Shown here: positions 11,101-24,763 of the stretch, piece after piece
Layout: each line of letters opens with the position of its first letter
How positions within the stretch are numbered: the first letter of the stretch is position 1
Assembly: GCA_964247055.1 (NCBI GenBank)
Contig: OZ176059.1
Span: 620,001-684,000 of the forward strand
Length of the DNA stretch: 64,000 bases
Direction of reading: 5' to 3'
Source of the DNA: Paragordius varius
Lineage: Eukaryota; Animalia; Nematomorpha
Notes under the pieces: generated by a model
The model's database searches: none
What the model was told of the DNA's origin: nothing
What the model saw: the letters and a program-made list of their open reading frames with translations, nothing else
Position numbers and translations under genes: made by a program

Positions 11101-14100
11101 GTATATCTTTTAAATTATAACTTATTTGTTAATTTTATAAATTTTTATTATATATTTATATATATATGTACAATATCTGGTTTTTAGCCTTATTAAGCTG
11201 ATTGAAAAATGTTTTTATGGTTTACTTTGGTGATTACCTAATCGACTAAGTTCAACGAGAATTTTAAAACATCAAATTATAATCATCAAACTCCATGGTA
11301 CCGTTTATTAAAGTTTAAATTTCATTAATTAAATAACAATATAATTTAATTTAACTATTATAAAATCGTTTATAAACGGTTAAAAAAATATATAGAATGT
11401 TACTTTGAGCTCTTAATAAGTTTTATAATACAGTGTGAAAAAAAATTCATTGGCAATTTTATTAAATATATATAGACCATTTTTTAGTCAAAAGCAATAT
11501 TACATTCATCTAAACAAAACATTTTCCAAATGTAGCATTTTTACCCAATGCAACCTTTTTTCAGCAAAGACAACTGAAAAAATGTTAAAGTATGTTGCTT
11601 TTGCTATAAAAAGTGTGACGTTTGGCTGAAAAATGGTGCTTTGAGTGAAAAATGGTATATTACCGCTAGAGAATATCACAATAAAGGGCATTATTATTGG
11701 ACAAAGAGTATTTTTAGCCTATGACTTTTAGTCAATAATGTGGTTCTTTTCTATAAAGCTATCTGTCAATTTTTAGAAAAACTAGCAATATATTTTAATT
11801 ATACTGTGAAACATCAGTTTTTATCGCGCATGCATTAATTTATTGAATGTTTTAATGAAGTATATTATTATATTATTTTGAGAATAGAAATAGCCAAAAG
11901 CTTTTTTCTCCCAAAAAGGACAAGCCACAATGATTTTTTTAAAAAATAATTTAATTTTCAAATAAGTATATGTAATGCACCAGATATTGTTATTAAACAT
12001 CAAGAGCGAAATAAAAATGGTTAAGATATATTTTAATATTTTTTTGTAACACTTTTATTATCAAATGCATATTAATTATTTTTATTCAATAAATTATTTA
12101 TTCACTCTACAGTCCAATCAGATGCAAGTTTTCCAGCCAAATTTACTTTTACAGATGACAACAATAATAATAATCAAAATTTAACAATTACACAAACCTT
12201 ACATGCGTCCTCATATAAAAATTGGAATATTAGAACTCAGACTCATTCAAACGCAATTATCCTACCAACCGTTGGGCCAAACTGGATAAATATTTACGAG
12301 AATGATAATAAAAAATTGAATTTAACTTACTACTTTAATGATCAAAAAATAGATCAAAATAATGGGACAAGCTTTGAAAATTACTTATCCATAAACGAAG
12401 TTAAAAAAACATTTGCCAAGCAGAATGAATCATTCGGCTCTGAAAACACATTTTCCAACGGAATACATTTGTTAATTAATCAATTTGGTGTTACATTATT
12501 GAAACAACTTACATTGACCAATAGTAAGTGTCGTTATTTTATCAAACAAATCCATCCTGTTAATTATAGCTTTACCGCCACATCATTAAATAAGGTTAAA
12601 TCTAGGCGCCGTGGCGCTCGGCTAAAAAAAGTGTCTAGAACAAATCCAAAGGATTTAAACGCAGTAACTCAAAATATGACGAATTCGTCAATTACAATAG
12701 CACCGCCTAACGTTGCTTATGAATTCCAATTGGATGATTATGCCTGTTTAAATCAATTAATATCACCAAGTAGTATTGCTAACCTACTGTTTATTCTTTA
12801 CTTTTCGAGCGATGGGACCACCAAAACTCAAATAGCTAAAACACTTTTATTGGCTTCTCAAGCGTATACTACACCTTCTACGAATGTTATTAGATATCCA
12901 AATGATACCAACACCATACTCCTCAGTAATTTATACGAAGACAACATTGAAGATTTTAGTATAGAACAACAATATAAAACTTATTTATCGGAATCCAATA
13001 AGCCCAGATCTGCGGGGAACGAAGTTTTTACTGGGCAAACCATTGTATTACAAAATGATAAATCCAAACAGTCCAAATTATCCTACAAGTATGTATTAAC
13101 AAAATATTTTTGAATTATTTTTATTGATATTTGTATACACTACAAATCATGGATTGGAGAAGCGTTAGGTGTACAGAAACTTTTTACAGAACCGTTTTGG
13201 TACAAGATAATCTGAAAACGGTTAAAATAAATTTTTATTTTTTATTTTGAAACATTCAGCTTTTTACAATGATTAACACTTGGATACAACACATTCATTT
13301 CAGTCCTTCGAATCAAATTGGAGTCTTTGGGGACCCGTTTAAAATTAAATGATTTTTTAATATATGAGGAAAATTGAAATCAAAAGTTTGCACTTATATA
13401 ACATTGATGCACTGAAATATTAAAAAGTGATTCATTTAAAGACATGATAGTATATTTTGGGGTATAAGGTAAAAATTTAGTCAACATATGCTTTATATAT
13501 ATTAAAATAAAGCAAAATAAATTATTTTTTCTGTTTATATCATTGTTAGATGTTATTAACACTTCGATTCAAATTGGGGTATCTAAATACCCCAGACTAA
13601 ATTTAAGTTAGGATTTTTAAAAAACTACTGAAGGAAACGATTTCAGTTTTAGTTTATGCTTCTCTAATAATAAATATGCCAAATTATATAAATAAAATTT
13701 TGTTTTGAAAAAAAAGTTCCATGTCAAACTACTTCGACGCCATTTTTATTTTACAAAATTTTTGCAAAATATCGTTTTTATTTAATTTTAAGGGTAAAAT
13801 TAAAGTTTTATTATACATCTAACATTGAGAGAAATAAAAAAAGCGGCTTATTGTGTATTATTTTTCAATTTTACCATTGCACACATGTTACGTTGACTAA
13901 ATTTTACCTTTCGGTTTTAGCTTAAAATAAGTAATATCGAGTATTAAATAAAATTTTTTATATTTTAATTTAACAGGCCTGGGGTATCAAACTACCCCAA
14001 TTTGAATCGAAGGACTAAAATGAATGTATTATATTTAAGTGTTAAATAAACACGATATTTTGCAAAAATTTTGTAAAATAAAATGGCGTCTAAATAGTTG

Positions 14101-16845
14101 GATATAGAATTTTTTTCAAAACTAAATTTTATTTAGATATTTTGGCTTATTTATATAATTTACGAGTATAGAAGCATAAATTTGAGAAACCGTTTCTTTC
14201 AGTGGATTTTAAACATATAAACTTAAAAATCTTTGCTAATTAGATACCCAATTTGAGTCAGAGTGTTAACTTTATTCAAATCTTAAGATTATATTGTTGT
14301 AATGAATAACATACGATTTCTTTTGGAGATGATAGGATTTTGCGGCTATTTTACATTTATTAATTGGCCTTTCTATAAATTAAAAAACCCGAACTTGAAC
14401 CATTTGATCAATAATAATAACCTAATCCAATTTTTTGCAAAACTAAACTAAAACAAATTATTTTTTGATAAATAATTTTTTTAAAAGTGGATCGAATCCA
14501 TTTGCCCAGAACTTTTTGGCAAAATACATTATGTAACGGAAAACTTGAGACGATACAAATTTCCTATATGTATGGCATTTATGCGTTGGCAAATACCAAC
14601 TAAATGTGTTTGAATTTGTATAATTATTTTAGAAGATCTATTAATGGTTAGTTGAAAAATTTAATTTTTTATTATAATCGAGGTTGATACTAAAGACATA
14701 ATTTATATCTTGTAAAAATCATAGGTTAACACCAAAAAGAGTGCATAAATTGTTATTTTCACGATAATTTGACTATATTTTACATACCTTTTTTCCCATT
14801 CTTTACGCTACAAGGCAAAAAAAATGATTCATATAATTATATTTTTTTGTCAATAGTAATAAAACCGAAAGCAATGATGCCAACATATCTACCGATTTAA
14901 ATCTGCAATTTTTGCATTGGTTAGAGGCGAGTTTTGGTATAAATGTATCCCAAGCAGATTTTGCCAATGAACCCAACCAAGTGGTTAAACAAATTAATGA
15001 TTGGGTCTCTAACATAACTCATAACCATATACAAAATATGATTACATCGGATAAGTTAAATGCATTGACTCGTATGTTAATCCTTGATGCTACGTACTTT
15101 TCAGGCGTATGGCACAAAGCTTTTAATACCATTATTGGTGAAAGCTACTCAAATTCCAATGCAAACAATAATTCCCTCTCCAGCACAATTGGTGATGATG
15201 GAAATTTTTATTTAACACCAACTGTTAAAATTAAAACAGATATGATGCGAGTTAAGGGACAATTTAAATCGGGATATGTCCGGGATTTAGAGTAAATATA
15301 TACTTTTTTAATCATGACTTAGATCATATAGAATAAATACCAAAAAAACGCAAATCCAAATTAATACATATACAGATTAAAGAGCTTGATTTGATAATAA
15401 ATAGTTTTATTTTTTAAGTTTATAGTCATGCACTAATTAAGTGTAGTAGAAAATGCATTATTAACTTCATAACGCTCAGCTATGGTAGGTTTTTCATACA
15501 TTTATTCCCTAAAAAAATTATTTGTATAATGAGCATAAAAGGCTGAAGAAAGCCTATCTTAAATTAGGTTTAATACTAAAATATACTTTATGATATAAAA
15601 TTTCAAATCGCTTTGGGATATAAAGCTATCCCAAAAGGTCACGGAGTGTAGCGAATAGATTTTTTCTTTTACTACAAAACATATAACAAATTAATTAAAA
15701 AGAAGTTTTTTTATTTTACATAACTCATCGTTTTTAGTTACGAATTAAGGAAAAGAGATGTAAATTTGTAGCATACATGTTTTAAATATAATTTACAATT
15801 GTAATTATATAATAGTAAGGTTAAAAAATGGATTTTTTATTAATTATTTTACTTTTTAGTTTAAATTAGCTATCTGCATATAAAATATCTTAATTTATTA
15901 GTGCTCAATTCGTTGAAATTCCATTCAACCAAAGCGCTTTAAGTTTCTATATTATATTACCCAACTACAATGATGGCAACGATTTAATGACACTTACTGC
16001 CCGCTTAACGGCATATCAGTTGGAGCTTATGTTTGAACCATTACCAAAGTTCGATATGCGCATTGAAATCCCAAAATTCTCGGTTCAAGAATCCTTAGAT
16101 TTAAAACAACCATTAACTAATTTGGGTAATAGAACTACCATTTTATTTGATCAATTATATTTCGCTTGTAAAATCTCTACAATCGATAATAAGTATATTA
16201 TTCATTTGGATTGGATTAATTATCTTTCCAAAAAATGATCATTAAATGATTACAATTGTAAAGGTAAAAAAATTTATGTGTTACCTATTCACATAGCTAC
16301 TCCTTCTTCGCAACTTAAAGAGATATGTAAAAAATCAGCTTTTAATATGGTTTTCTTTCTCTATAAAAAATATTTGTCTTTTACTTTTTATCCTTTGTTT
16401 TAAAATTTTATACCAGGTTTGGAAGATATATTTAATCCCAACAAAGCCAATTTCTCAAAACTGTTGGCTAAAGATACAAATAAGCAACAGGTGAACGCCG
16501 TTAATAACAATCAGTCGAATTTGACGGATTCAAATATAAATACAAGATCATTGAATATGCAAAGCCAACCACTTTATGTGTCCGACTTTATACACAAATC
16601 TGCCTTTACTATCGATGAAAAAGGTGTTTTATTATAATAATTTTACCAATTAACACATGCTAGTTAAACATGTGATATAATATAAGGTAGAATTAGTTCT
16701 AATTTTTAATGACCAAAAAAGTTATGAGATGTCAACCAATAATTGATTGGGTTAAGAATATATAATTCTTTAATCAGAGGTGTCCAAAACAAATGGCTTT
16801 GCGGGCTGCACTTTTCACGCTAAAACTCGGGAAGCCGTATTAATA

Positions 16846-16885
<40 letters not shown>

Positions 16886-17942
16886 TATTCGAGTTAAACA
16901 TAAGACTGTAAAATGCTAATACAATACAGCATTATTTTTTAGTTCTGTTGAATAGCTTTTTCAGGAAGAAATACCAATTTTATTAATATTTTATAAACAT
17001 ATTTGCGCAAATTATGGATTTTGAAATTACTAGCCCTACATATATTGTCTTGTAGCGCCGCATAGAACCCAGATCTAAATTCTGTTCATAAAATTTTCAT
17101 CTGTTGACAATTTAATATTAATGTGTTGCTAATATGTTATTATTACGGTGAAGGCAATTATGACAAAACCATCAACTCTACATATGCTATAAAAGAAATA
17201 AAAATATTTTTAATAAATATAAATAATAATCAAATGACCATTAGTACAGTGAAAATTGCAATTTTACGGACAAAACGTAAAAATATAAAGACAAATATTT
17301 TTTTTAACGAAAACCATACTTTTTTCAAACCTTAGTTTTTTATATAAATTATTTAATTAAAAAATAATTGATTGTGTTATCATACATCTATCTCTATTAA
17401 ATACTTTGCAAATTTTAACAATAATTTATATGTAAAAAATCAAGATTAAAAAGTATGGGTATCTTTTCGAAAAAATATTAGTCTTTTTTTTATTGATTGG
17501 TGAATTTTGAAAGCGGGTATAACAACTTAATGGTATTTGCATTTTTTAACGCTTTTACCCAACACTAGTTGTGCACTATGATGGGATATCAAATATAAAA
17601 TTATTGTAAAATGTATCCTAAAACAAACTATTAAAAAATAAAAACAAGTAATCTATATTTGTTGGCTATCTAATTTCAATTTTAATAAAATGGAACAATT
17701 ATATAGACCTTTATAAAAAAATAAATACTCTTAGACTATCTGTTTTGATTTAATTATCAAAATTTTACTATTATTGTAAAGGAGCTATTGGAGCTGCATC
17801 GACCCAAGCTATTATAGAGGCCAGGGCATCTATTGAAGACGAATTCATAGCAAATAAACCCTTTCTCTATTTAGTCAGAGATAATAGGGTTAAAACATTG
17901 TTGTTTTTAGGATCTATGACAAAACCCACGGAACACATATAA
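11034..17942 (+). CDS. Secreted serpin (serine protease inhibitor), ~689 aa, 6 coding exons
   Basis: Exons 11034-11100, 12113-13088, 14857-15291, 15902-16125, 16417-16623, 17782-17942 total 2070 nt and are in frame. Motifs: signal peptide MIDVLTTWKTVGLFLLLWTCSSVQS; s6B/hB NQLISPSSIANLLFILY; hF KQINDWVSNITHNHI; s3A MLILDATYFSGVW; IEIPKFSVQESLDLKQPL; hinge/RCL IDEKGAIGAASTQAIIEAR-AS; C-terminal EFIANKPFLYLVRD...LFLGSMTKP. An in-frame ATG at 11025 is an alternative start. Confidence 0.92.
12113..13088 (+). CDS. Serpin exon 2 (N-terminal extension, hA, insertion loop, s6B-hD, s2A)
   Basis: Contains ORF 12316-13113; donor TAC AA|GTATGT. Confidence 0.88.
13303..14264. mobile_element. Nested pair of family D MITEs (13560-14014 inserted into an oppositely oriented copy) in serpin intron 2
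   Basis: The outer copy's core is continuous on either side of the inner element. Confidence 0.75.
14857..15291 (+). CDS. Serpin exon 3 (hE-hF, s3A)
   Basis: caatag|T ... GA|GTAAAT; ORF 14912-15295. Confidence 0.9.
15902..16125 (+). CDS. Serpin exon 4
   Basis: ttattag|T GCT CAA TTC GTT GAA ATT CCA (AQFVEIPF...FYIILP...IPKF); donor G|GTAATA. Confidence 0.9.
16417..16623 (+). CDS. Serpin exon 5
   Basis: taccag|GT TTG GAA GAT; LEDIFNPNKANFS...VSDFIHKSAFTIDEK G|GT. Confidence 0.9.
17782..17942 (+). CDS. Serpin exon 6 (reactive centre loop and C-terminus)
   Basis: gtaaag|GA GCT ATT; ends ...KPTEHI TAA. Too short for the ORF track. Confidence 0.9.
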
Positions 17943-18479
17943 TCTAATTTTCTTAAATCCTGTTCTCCACATATTCAATCATATTTGATTTTTACTTTAA
18001 TTAAATTATCATGTGAATAATTTTATTAATTTCACATTGGTAAATTGTGAACTGATATGAGACAATTTTTTTAATTATTTTTTTAATTTATAATATATAT
18101 ATCCATATTATTAATGAAAGATATGTGAATAAATTGTAAATATCAATTTTATATCATTCCCATTTTTATATAAATTTTAACAATCAACTATTCAATGAAT
18201 TCATTGAATTATTTTAATTTTAAACCTCCAATAAAAACTATTTTAATTTTGATTAATTATATGGTTATAGACATTGTTAAAATAAAATTGCAACTAACTA
18301 AAAATTATTGCCGTAAGGAATATAATGAATGTTAATAACTATGAATCATAAAATAACTGAAAGCGTTTTAACCAATATTAAAATTATAAATACGGTTAAA
18401 ATAGCGAAAATATTGTTTAGTAATTTCTATTTCATAGGAAAAACAAAATCCCAGCAAAAAAGGTAAAAAAATGCATATA

Positions 18480-18661
18480 CAGTAGCGTATGCAGTAAAAG
18501 ATTGTTAGTGCAAAATAATCTTAATGAACACAAAACAGGGGGATATTATGGATATGTTTATAAATAGGACTGAATGATAATTAATATATGAAAATTGTCC
18601 CCCTGTTTTGTGTTCATTAAGATTATTTTGCACTAACAATCTTTTACTGCATACGCTACTG
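18480..18661. mobile_element. Young 182-bp MITE with perfect 64-bp TIRs and TA target duplication
   Basis: 18480-18543 is the exact reverse complement of 18598-18661; TA on both sides. Confidence 0.92.
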
Positions 18662-18734
18662 TAATGAAGGAAAAGCACCACTAATATTAGATATAAAAAC
18701 GTCTCATAAACACAAAATATTTATTCATTAATAT

Positions 18735-19853
18735 CACTAGACAACAAATTTTAACTTTTTTTAACTGCCATTCTTGTAAATTTAAAATTTATTTCATTAA
18801 AGTACATAATTAGTATATCTGAAAAGAAAATTGGTCCTACCTGAAAGAATTTTTTTATATTAGAGTTTATCGATAATTTTTGGCCCCGATTTAACATTAA
18901 ACTCGAAATTTCATAAATTTAAAGTTTTAGATATGAAGCCATGTATTTTATATCATTCGAAAGAGCGCAAAAAACTGCATCTTTTAATGGTAGTAAGTCA
19001 TTTAAATCCATCGGATGTAAAAGTTATTTGGATTTAAATGGTTAAAATTTTCAATCCTTAAATAAGTCAAGAATTTTCACAGACAAACTAATTTGAAAAT
19101 CATTTATATTATTTTAATATTATTATTAGGGTTATATTAGTATTTAATTTAAAGAAAATGTTTGGAAAAGCTTTTGGTTTGCTTTTTTAATAAAAATTAT
19201 TATTATCATAAATATTTTACCTAGTGGATACTAAAATGCATAGTTATAACTGTAAATTTATTACATAATGGCTATAAAAGATCAAAAATACCTTAAACTT
19301 TGTTTTTATCTTTAAATTTTCGAAATTATCAGCCTTGTAAAGAAAATAAATTAATATTGATGAGATGGTAATTTTTAAAAAACAAAAAACTTAAAAATGG
19401 CTGTTTTGAGTGACATAAAAGCAATAAAAAATGTTTTAATCAAGAAAACTTTCTTGTGTTATCTATTTTGGACATTCATCTCCATCTAAACAAAGTTTGA
19501 ACTATTTTCATCCATTAGTTTTAAAAATATAATAATTAAAAAAAAAGCTCTCGCTTCGCGCGTTTGTCGCTCTTTGTGTCCAATATTGACTGTCGATGTA
19601 ATACATATTAGTATACATTTTATAGAGTTTTTAATCTTTCGAATGATATAATACAAATGGGCATTACTTGTATATTTTCAATAAAAAACATTTTTTAGTA
19701 AAATTTGGATAAAGAGGGGCATAATCTAAAAAATCAAATTATACAAAATTCTTCCAACGAGTTATAATTTTTATTTCAGATTTACTGTTAAAATGATATT
19801 AAATATCAAAAAATGCAAAAAACTCGAAGGGCAGAAAAATTTGTTGTCTAGTG
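18735..19853. mobile_element. ~1.1-kb non-autonomous Tc1/mariner-like element
   Basis: Inverted termini CACTAGACAACAAATTT / AAATTTGTTGTCTAGTG|TA; no transposase ORF seen. Confidence 0.65.
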
Positions 19854-20099
19854 TATTTTTTGTGAAAGATGGGAACGATTTAAGTAAACTAGGAATTAAC
19901 TTTTTTGGCTAAATTATAAGCCGTTAAAAATAATGCGGTAAATGTCTTAAATAATTAAAACGGACTAATATAGCTTTAAACCCGGTATATCACGCAAAAT
20001 TATGTAAATTGCATTTATATATGATAGGAGTGTGGTAATTTATATAATGTTTATTCACACAATTTTATTGAAAGCTTTTATAACTTGAAAAGGTTTTTT

Positions 20100-20505
20100 T
20101 ATTGAAAACCCAAATAAAAAAGATTGATGGATCTTTAGTGTTTAAATACTTATGGTTAAAGTTTTAAAATAAAAAAATGGGTCAATACAAGTTTTTTGTA
20201 ATAACATTTTTAAAAAAATGGCATTTTACGGGGGGAGAGGGTAAAAAGGGGCCTAAATTAAAAAAGCGAGAAGTAAACAAAAATCATATTTGAAATTGAA
20301 TGGTCCATCACGTTCTCCGGAAAATTGTCTCAACCTGTTATTTACACAGGGTAGGCCCGAACTGGGGGCCTAATTCCAAAAAAGAACGAAGCTATTGTCG
20401 GGGCATTCATTAATGATTATATTTTTTCGAAGTTTGGATTTGAATGGGTCTACCGGTTTTCCGGTACCAGATCACAAAGCCAGCATTTTCCATTTTTAAT
20501 ATAGA
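20100..20505 (-). mobile_element. Second, shorter copy of the Helitron-like family
   Basis: Minus strand begins a|TCTATATTAAAAATGG and aligns by eye to 33720-34070; distal boundary uncertain. Confidence 0.6.
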
Positions 20506-22888
20506 TTTTGAGAAATTATAATATATCCCGTTTACACTTCAAATTTACCCTTAACAATTCCCAATTCAGCTTTGAACATTTCAAATCTCAAATAAATTAT
20601 ATGTTTTATAAAATTAAATATTATCTATTATTTTTTATATTTTTAAAAATGAAGTTTTGTTTGAAATTAAAATAAACTGAAAAAATAATAAACAAGCAAT
20701 AAAGACATATTTCATATTAATATAATTTATATTAGCCCGAAAACACATAATTTATTTTTGGGTAAATTTGAATTGTAAATGCTATATATTATATACTATA
20801 TAAATTGGATATAACACATTTATTTTCAGTTTTTCGATTTAACTGGGTCTTAGAAAAGTAGTCCTTTTTAAAATTATATATAATAAAAAACATGGATTGT
20901 ATTGAAACCATTTTAAAAGTTTGCACTTCTATATCATTGATGAATCAAAATTTAATTAAAATTCTAATTCAAAATATACTATATTTTATTTTATGGATAA
21001 AAGGTGAAATTTTGGCCAACCTTACTTGCATCTATTAAAATAATGCAAAATTAACCATTATTTCTGTTTATATCAATTGTAAATGTAATTTTAATAAAAA
21101 ATTAATTTTAGTTTTAGCGAAAGGGATGTCCAAAAATGCGGCCTCAAATATATAATTTTACGATTAAAAAAAATTAATTTCAAAAACAAATTTTCTGATA
21201 AATCTTTTATAATTTCGGCAATAAACTAGAAAAAGTGTTAAAATAAATAGTTTTGTTTTTAAAGTCCTACGTATAAAATCTAATAAAATTTTTCCAACGG
21301 CCCGCCATATTTTTTGATACAAAAATGCGGCCTGCGAAGACATTTGTGATGGAAACCCCTGACTTAGACTAACCACTCTGTTTATTCATAACAGAATTGT
21401 ATATTTTGGCTAGTTTGCAAAATGATACAAGCTAAGGGCCCCCATTTACCAATAAAAACAAAGCAGTCGCAATACCACGGTAAACCTATAATGTGAAAAA
21501 AAAAACAATACTGTATCTATGTATAATGAGTACGGATGAAAATCAATTACAAAAGGCACAATTTTAAATATTTTAATTTTAACAAGCGCGTTTCACAGTT
21601 TAGTCAACTATAAAAAAATTTTTATAAAATACGGAAAATTGAACAATATATCAATGAGTCACGAAATACATATATATATGTGTGTGTGTGTGTGTGTGTT
21701 GGAAAATTTATGTATTTCTTCAAACAGCTTTAAAATATCGGGTCAATTTTCATAAAATTGTTTTAACACAATTTTCCATGATAAATTATAGGAAATTTAT
21801 CGAGATAAAAAAAGAACGTGAAAAAGCCGAATGAATGGTACTACTATGAGACTAGTTACCATATGCTGTACCATCCCTATCAGACTGATATAGTTTTTTT
21901 TTTCAAAAAATTTTTTTAACATCGGCTGGTGTTTAATCCATATTATTTTTTTTTCTTTCATACAAATATATGCACACATTAATGTTGGCCAAATGGTAAT
22001 ACAGTAGGGTATGATATAAAACTAATTTTGTCCATATTCAAATAAACAAATTTAATGCTGTGAGATAGGCAAAAAATGTTTAATTTAATCATTGGTTTTT
22101 TTGCCCATACTGCTACTGTATTTACAAATGATTTGAAATAGTATGAATTGGCCATTATATTCATACTTAAATTTGTTTATAAACAATATTATTAGTAATA
22201 ATAATATGTGTATATAAAGATTTTTTTCATCTTAAACAGTTATTACGTGTTATGTTTATAATTGGTTCGGAAGTATTAACCATTTACGCTATGTAAGCAG
22301 AAAAAAATATATATGATTTAAACTTGGTAGTATTCAGTAAAGTAAGTGAGAAAGAACCCTTATAAATTATTAAACGGGAAATAGTATTAAGAATAGTAAT
22401 AATAATAATAATAATGCTATTTACCACTTATTATATTGGTATTTATTGGTAAATGTGGACGGACACACCATTCATATCTGTATCTGTATAGAATAAAGAA
22501 AAAACTTATGTTTTTGATTGAAAAAAAATAAATGTAGCAATCGAAAAATTGCATATAGCCTACTCATTTGAAAAATATTATTATTTTATTGAAGTAATAG
22601 AGCCATTTTATTATATATAATTGGTTTAGATTAGTCAATGGAAGAAAAATAGCAATGTTAATGTAAATTTAAGCTAGAAAAAACCAAAAAAACCAACCCT
22701 ATTTCACATAAAGTATATGTTAATTTGGCGATACTATTCACCAATAAAAATATCTTTTAAACCAATTATTATATGGAAGCAACAGCGAGCTACTTATTTT
22801 TTGTAGAATGCTGCACAGATTTTATATTAATATGATTTGACTAAAAAAATATTTTTTTGCATTATATAATTGGAAGAGAAACTAATAC

Positions 22889-22920
22889 ATACCTACCTAC
22901 CTATCTACCTACCTACCTAT
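22889..22920. repeat. (ACCT)n tetranucleotide microsatellite
   Basis: tacctacctacctatctacctacctacctat; a (GT)n tract also lies at ~21679-21700. Confidence 0.9.
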
Positions 22921-24763
22921 ATGGTAATTATTGCATATAAAGAATAATAATATTATAAATATTAATAATAGATATATTTGTACTCCGGACATTATATGCT
23001 CATTGATTTTTACCTGCTTATCCAAATTGCCTAAATTATGTTAATATCAAGATATTAACGATTATTATATATTTATTAGAATTTACATACATATATGAAT
23101 ATATATATATATTGCGATGAAACTATCTATCTCTCTATTTTTTAAAAGATAAGACTTATAAATAAAAAATATATGTTCAAAAATTAATGTCGCGATCATA
23201 TGAATAATTTTGACATAATAATACACTAATTTTAAATTACCATTGATAACAGGGAAATTTGGTTTATAAAAAAATACTGTAAATAAAATTTTAATATAAG
23301 ATTTAAAGCGAAAAAATTGTTAAAAGTTCTTATACTTTAATAGAGGGGTGGCCAACACGCGGTCTGCTAAAAATTTGGAAACCATAAACCAAAATATGAT
23401 GACAAAATCTTAATAAAATTGGTAATTTATTAAACAATTTTGGAGATAAGTCTATCCTATTCGTTCGCTAGAACTAGAAAACATTGCTATATTGTATCTG
23501 CATTTTCCAGTTTTGTGTTTAAAATCTAATTTTTATGAATTCCCATATATATTTCGAATGCGGTCCCCCGAAATTTTTGGGCCAAAAATGTGACCCGCAA
23601 AGACATTTGTCCTGCCTTAAGACATCCATCCCTTATTTATATCATATTTAGGTAGAAAATGCCAATATTAACTCCCATTGTCAATATAAAAACCAAATAT
23701 TTTGCTGATTAATAAAATTATTAATAAGACACAAAGAAACTTGGGGGTCACTATTAATTTTCTAATTTTTAGAATTTGAAGAAAAATCTATGCCATTCAT
23801 TCATGTAGGAGAGCACAACCTAATTTAAAGTAATAATATAATTTTTTTGATATAATCATTTAACAAAAGCTTACATTTTTATAGCCAATTGTATTCCAAT
23901 ACAATCCAATTTTATCCACCAATCTCCACTCATAAAATCAAACACACACACACACAACATTCCACAACTGTTAATTTTTTTAAATTTTTATTTGTTCGTT
24001 CTCTCCGAATTCCTTTATATACATTTTTTTATTTACTTGATATATATGATACTTATTGCACATTTTGTTAAAGTTTAATCCTAATTTTCTAGCATTGCTT
24101 GTTCAAAATTAATATTATAATATTTTCACATTTTACATCTTGAATATCTATCTATACATACATATATCTATCCATACATTGTATTCACAATCGAAATTTT
24201 TGTAGTTTTATTTTTAGGATATATTCAGTTAAAAGTTTCTCTTTTGTTATTCATATCTAAATATTTAAAATTTCAAGCATATAACCATATCATGTATTCC
24301 GTTTGACGGTTAAAATACAACTATACGTTATTTTTTTGTGTGTGAAAGTAATTAAAACGGTTTTGTTGCACTAAACAACAAATCAGAGCCTTTATAATAT
24401 TACATCGAACTTTAGTTTTTTTCCATTTTCCATTGCGCGCAATTCCTTAAAATTTATAGCGAACAACGTTCAAAACCTATTAAATTAATTTAAAATGTTT
24501 ATAATATATATATAAAGTATAACTTTCCATATCTTCACATAGTTGTTTTGTAAGTGTTAATTAATTATTTTCAACTTTTTTCCAAGCTTGCTCTTAATTT
24601 TCAAACAAAAAACTATTTCTTGAATATACGGTAAAAAATTTGGAATAATAATCGTCTGCTTGTTCAACACTTGTGTTAACCAAATATTAATCGTTTGGCG
24701 CATTTATCATATTTTTAGAAAAAAATCACGTTTTCTTAAAATCAATTTCTCCCTTTCATCCAA

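Noticed and set aside
13150-13225. Extra serpin exon
   Set aside because: No phase 2-2 boundaries; direct splicing 13088->14857 already gives a complete serpin fold.
24220-24720. Perlecan core promoter (TCAGTT initiator-like) and a 5'-UTR intron or trans-splice acceptor at ~24718
   Set aside because: Motifs are too short to be significant in ~78% AT DNA without TSS data.
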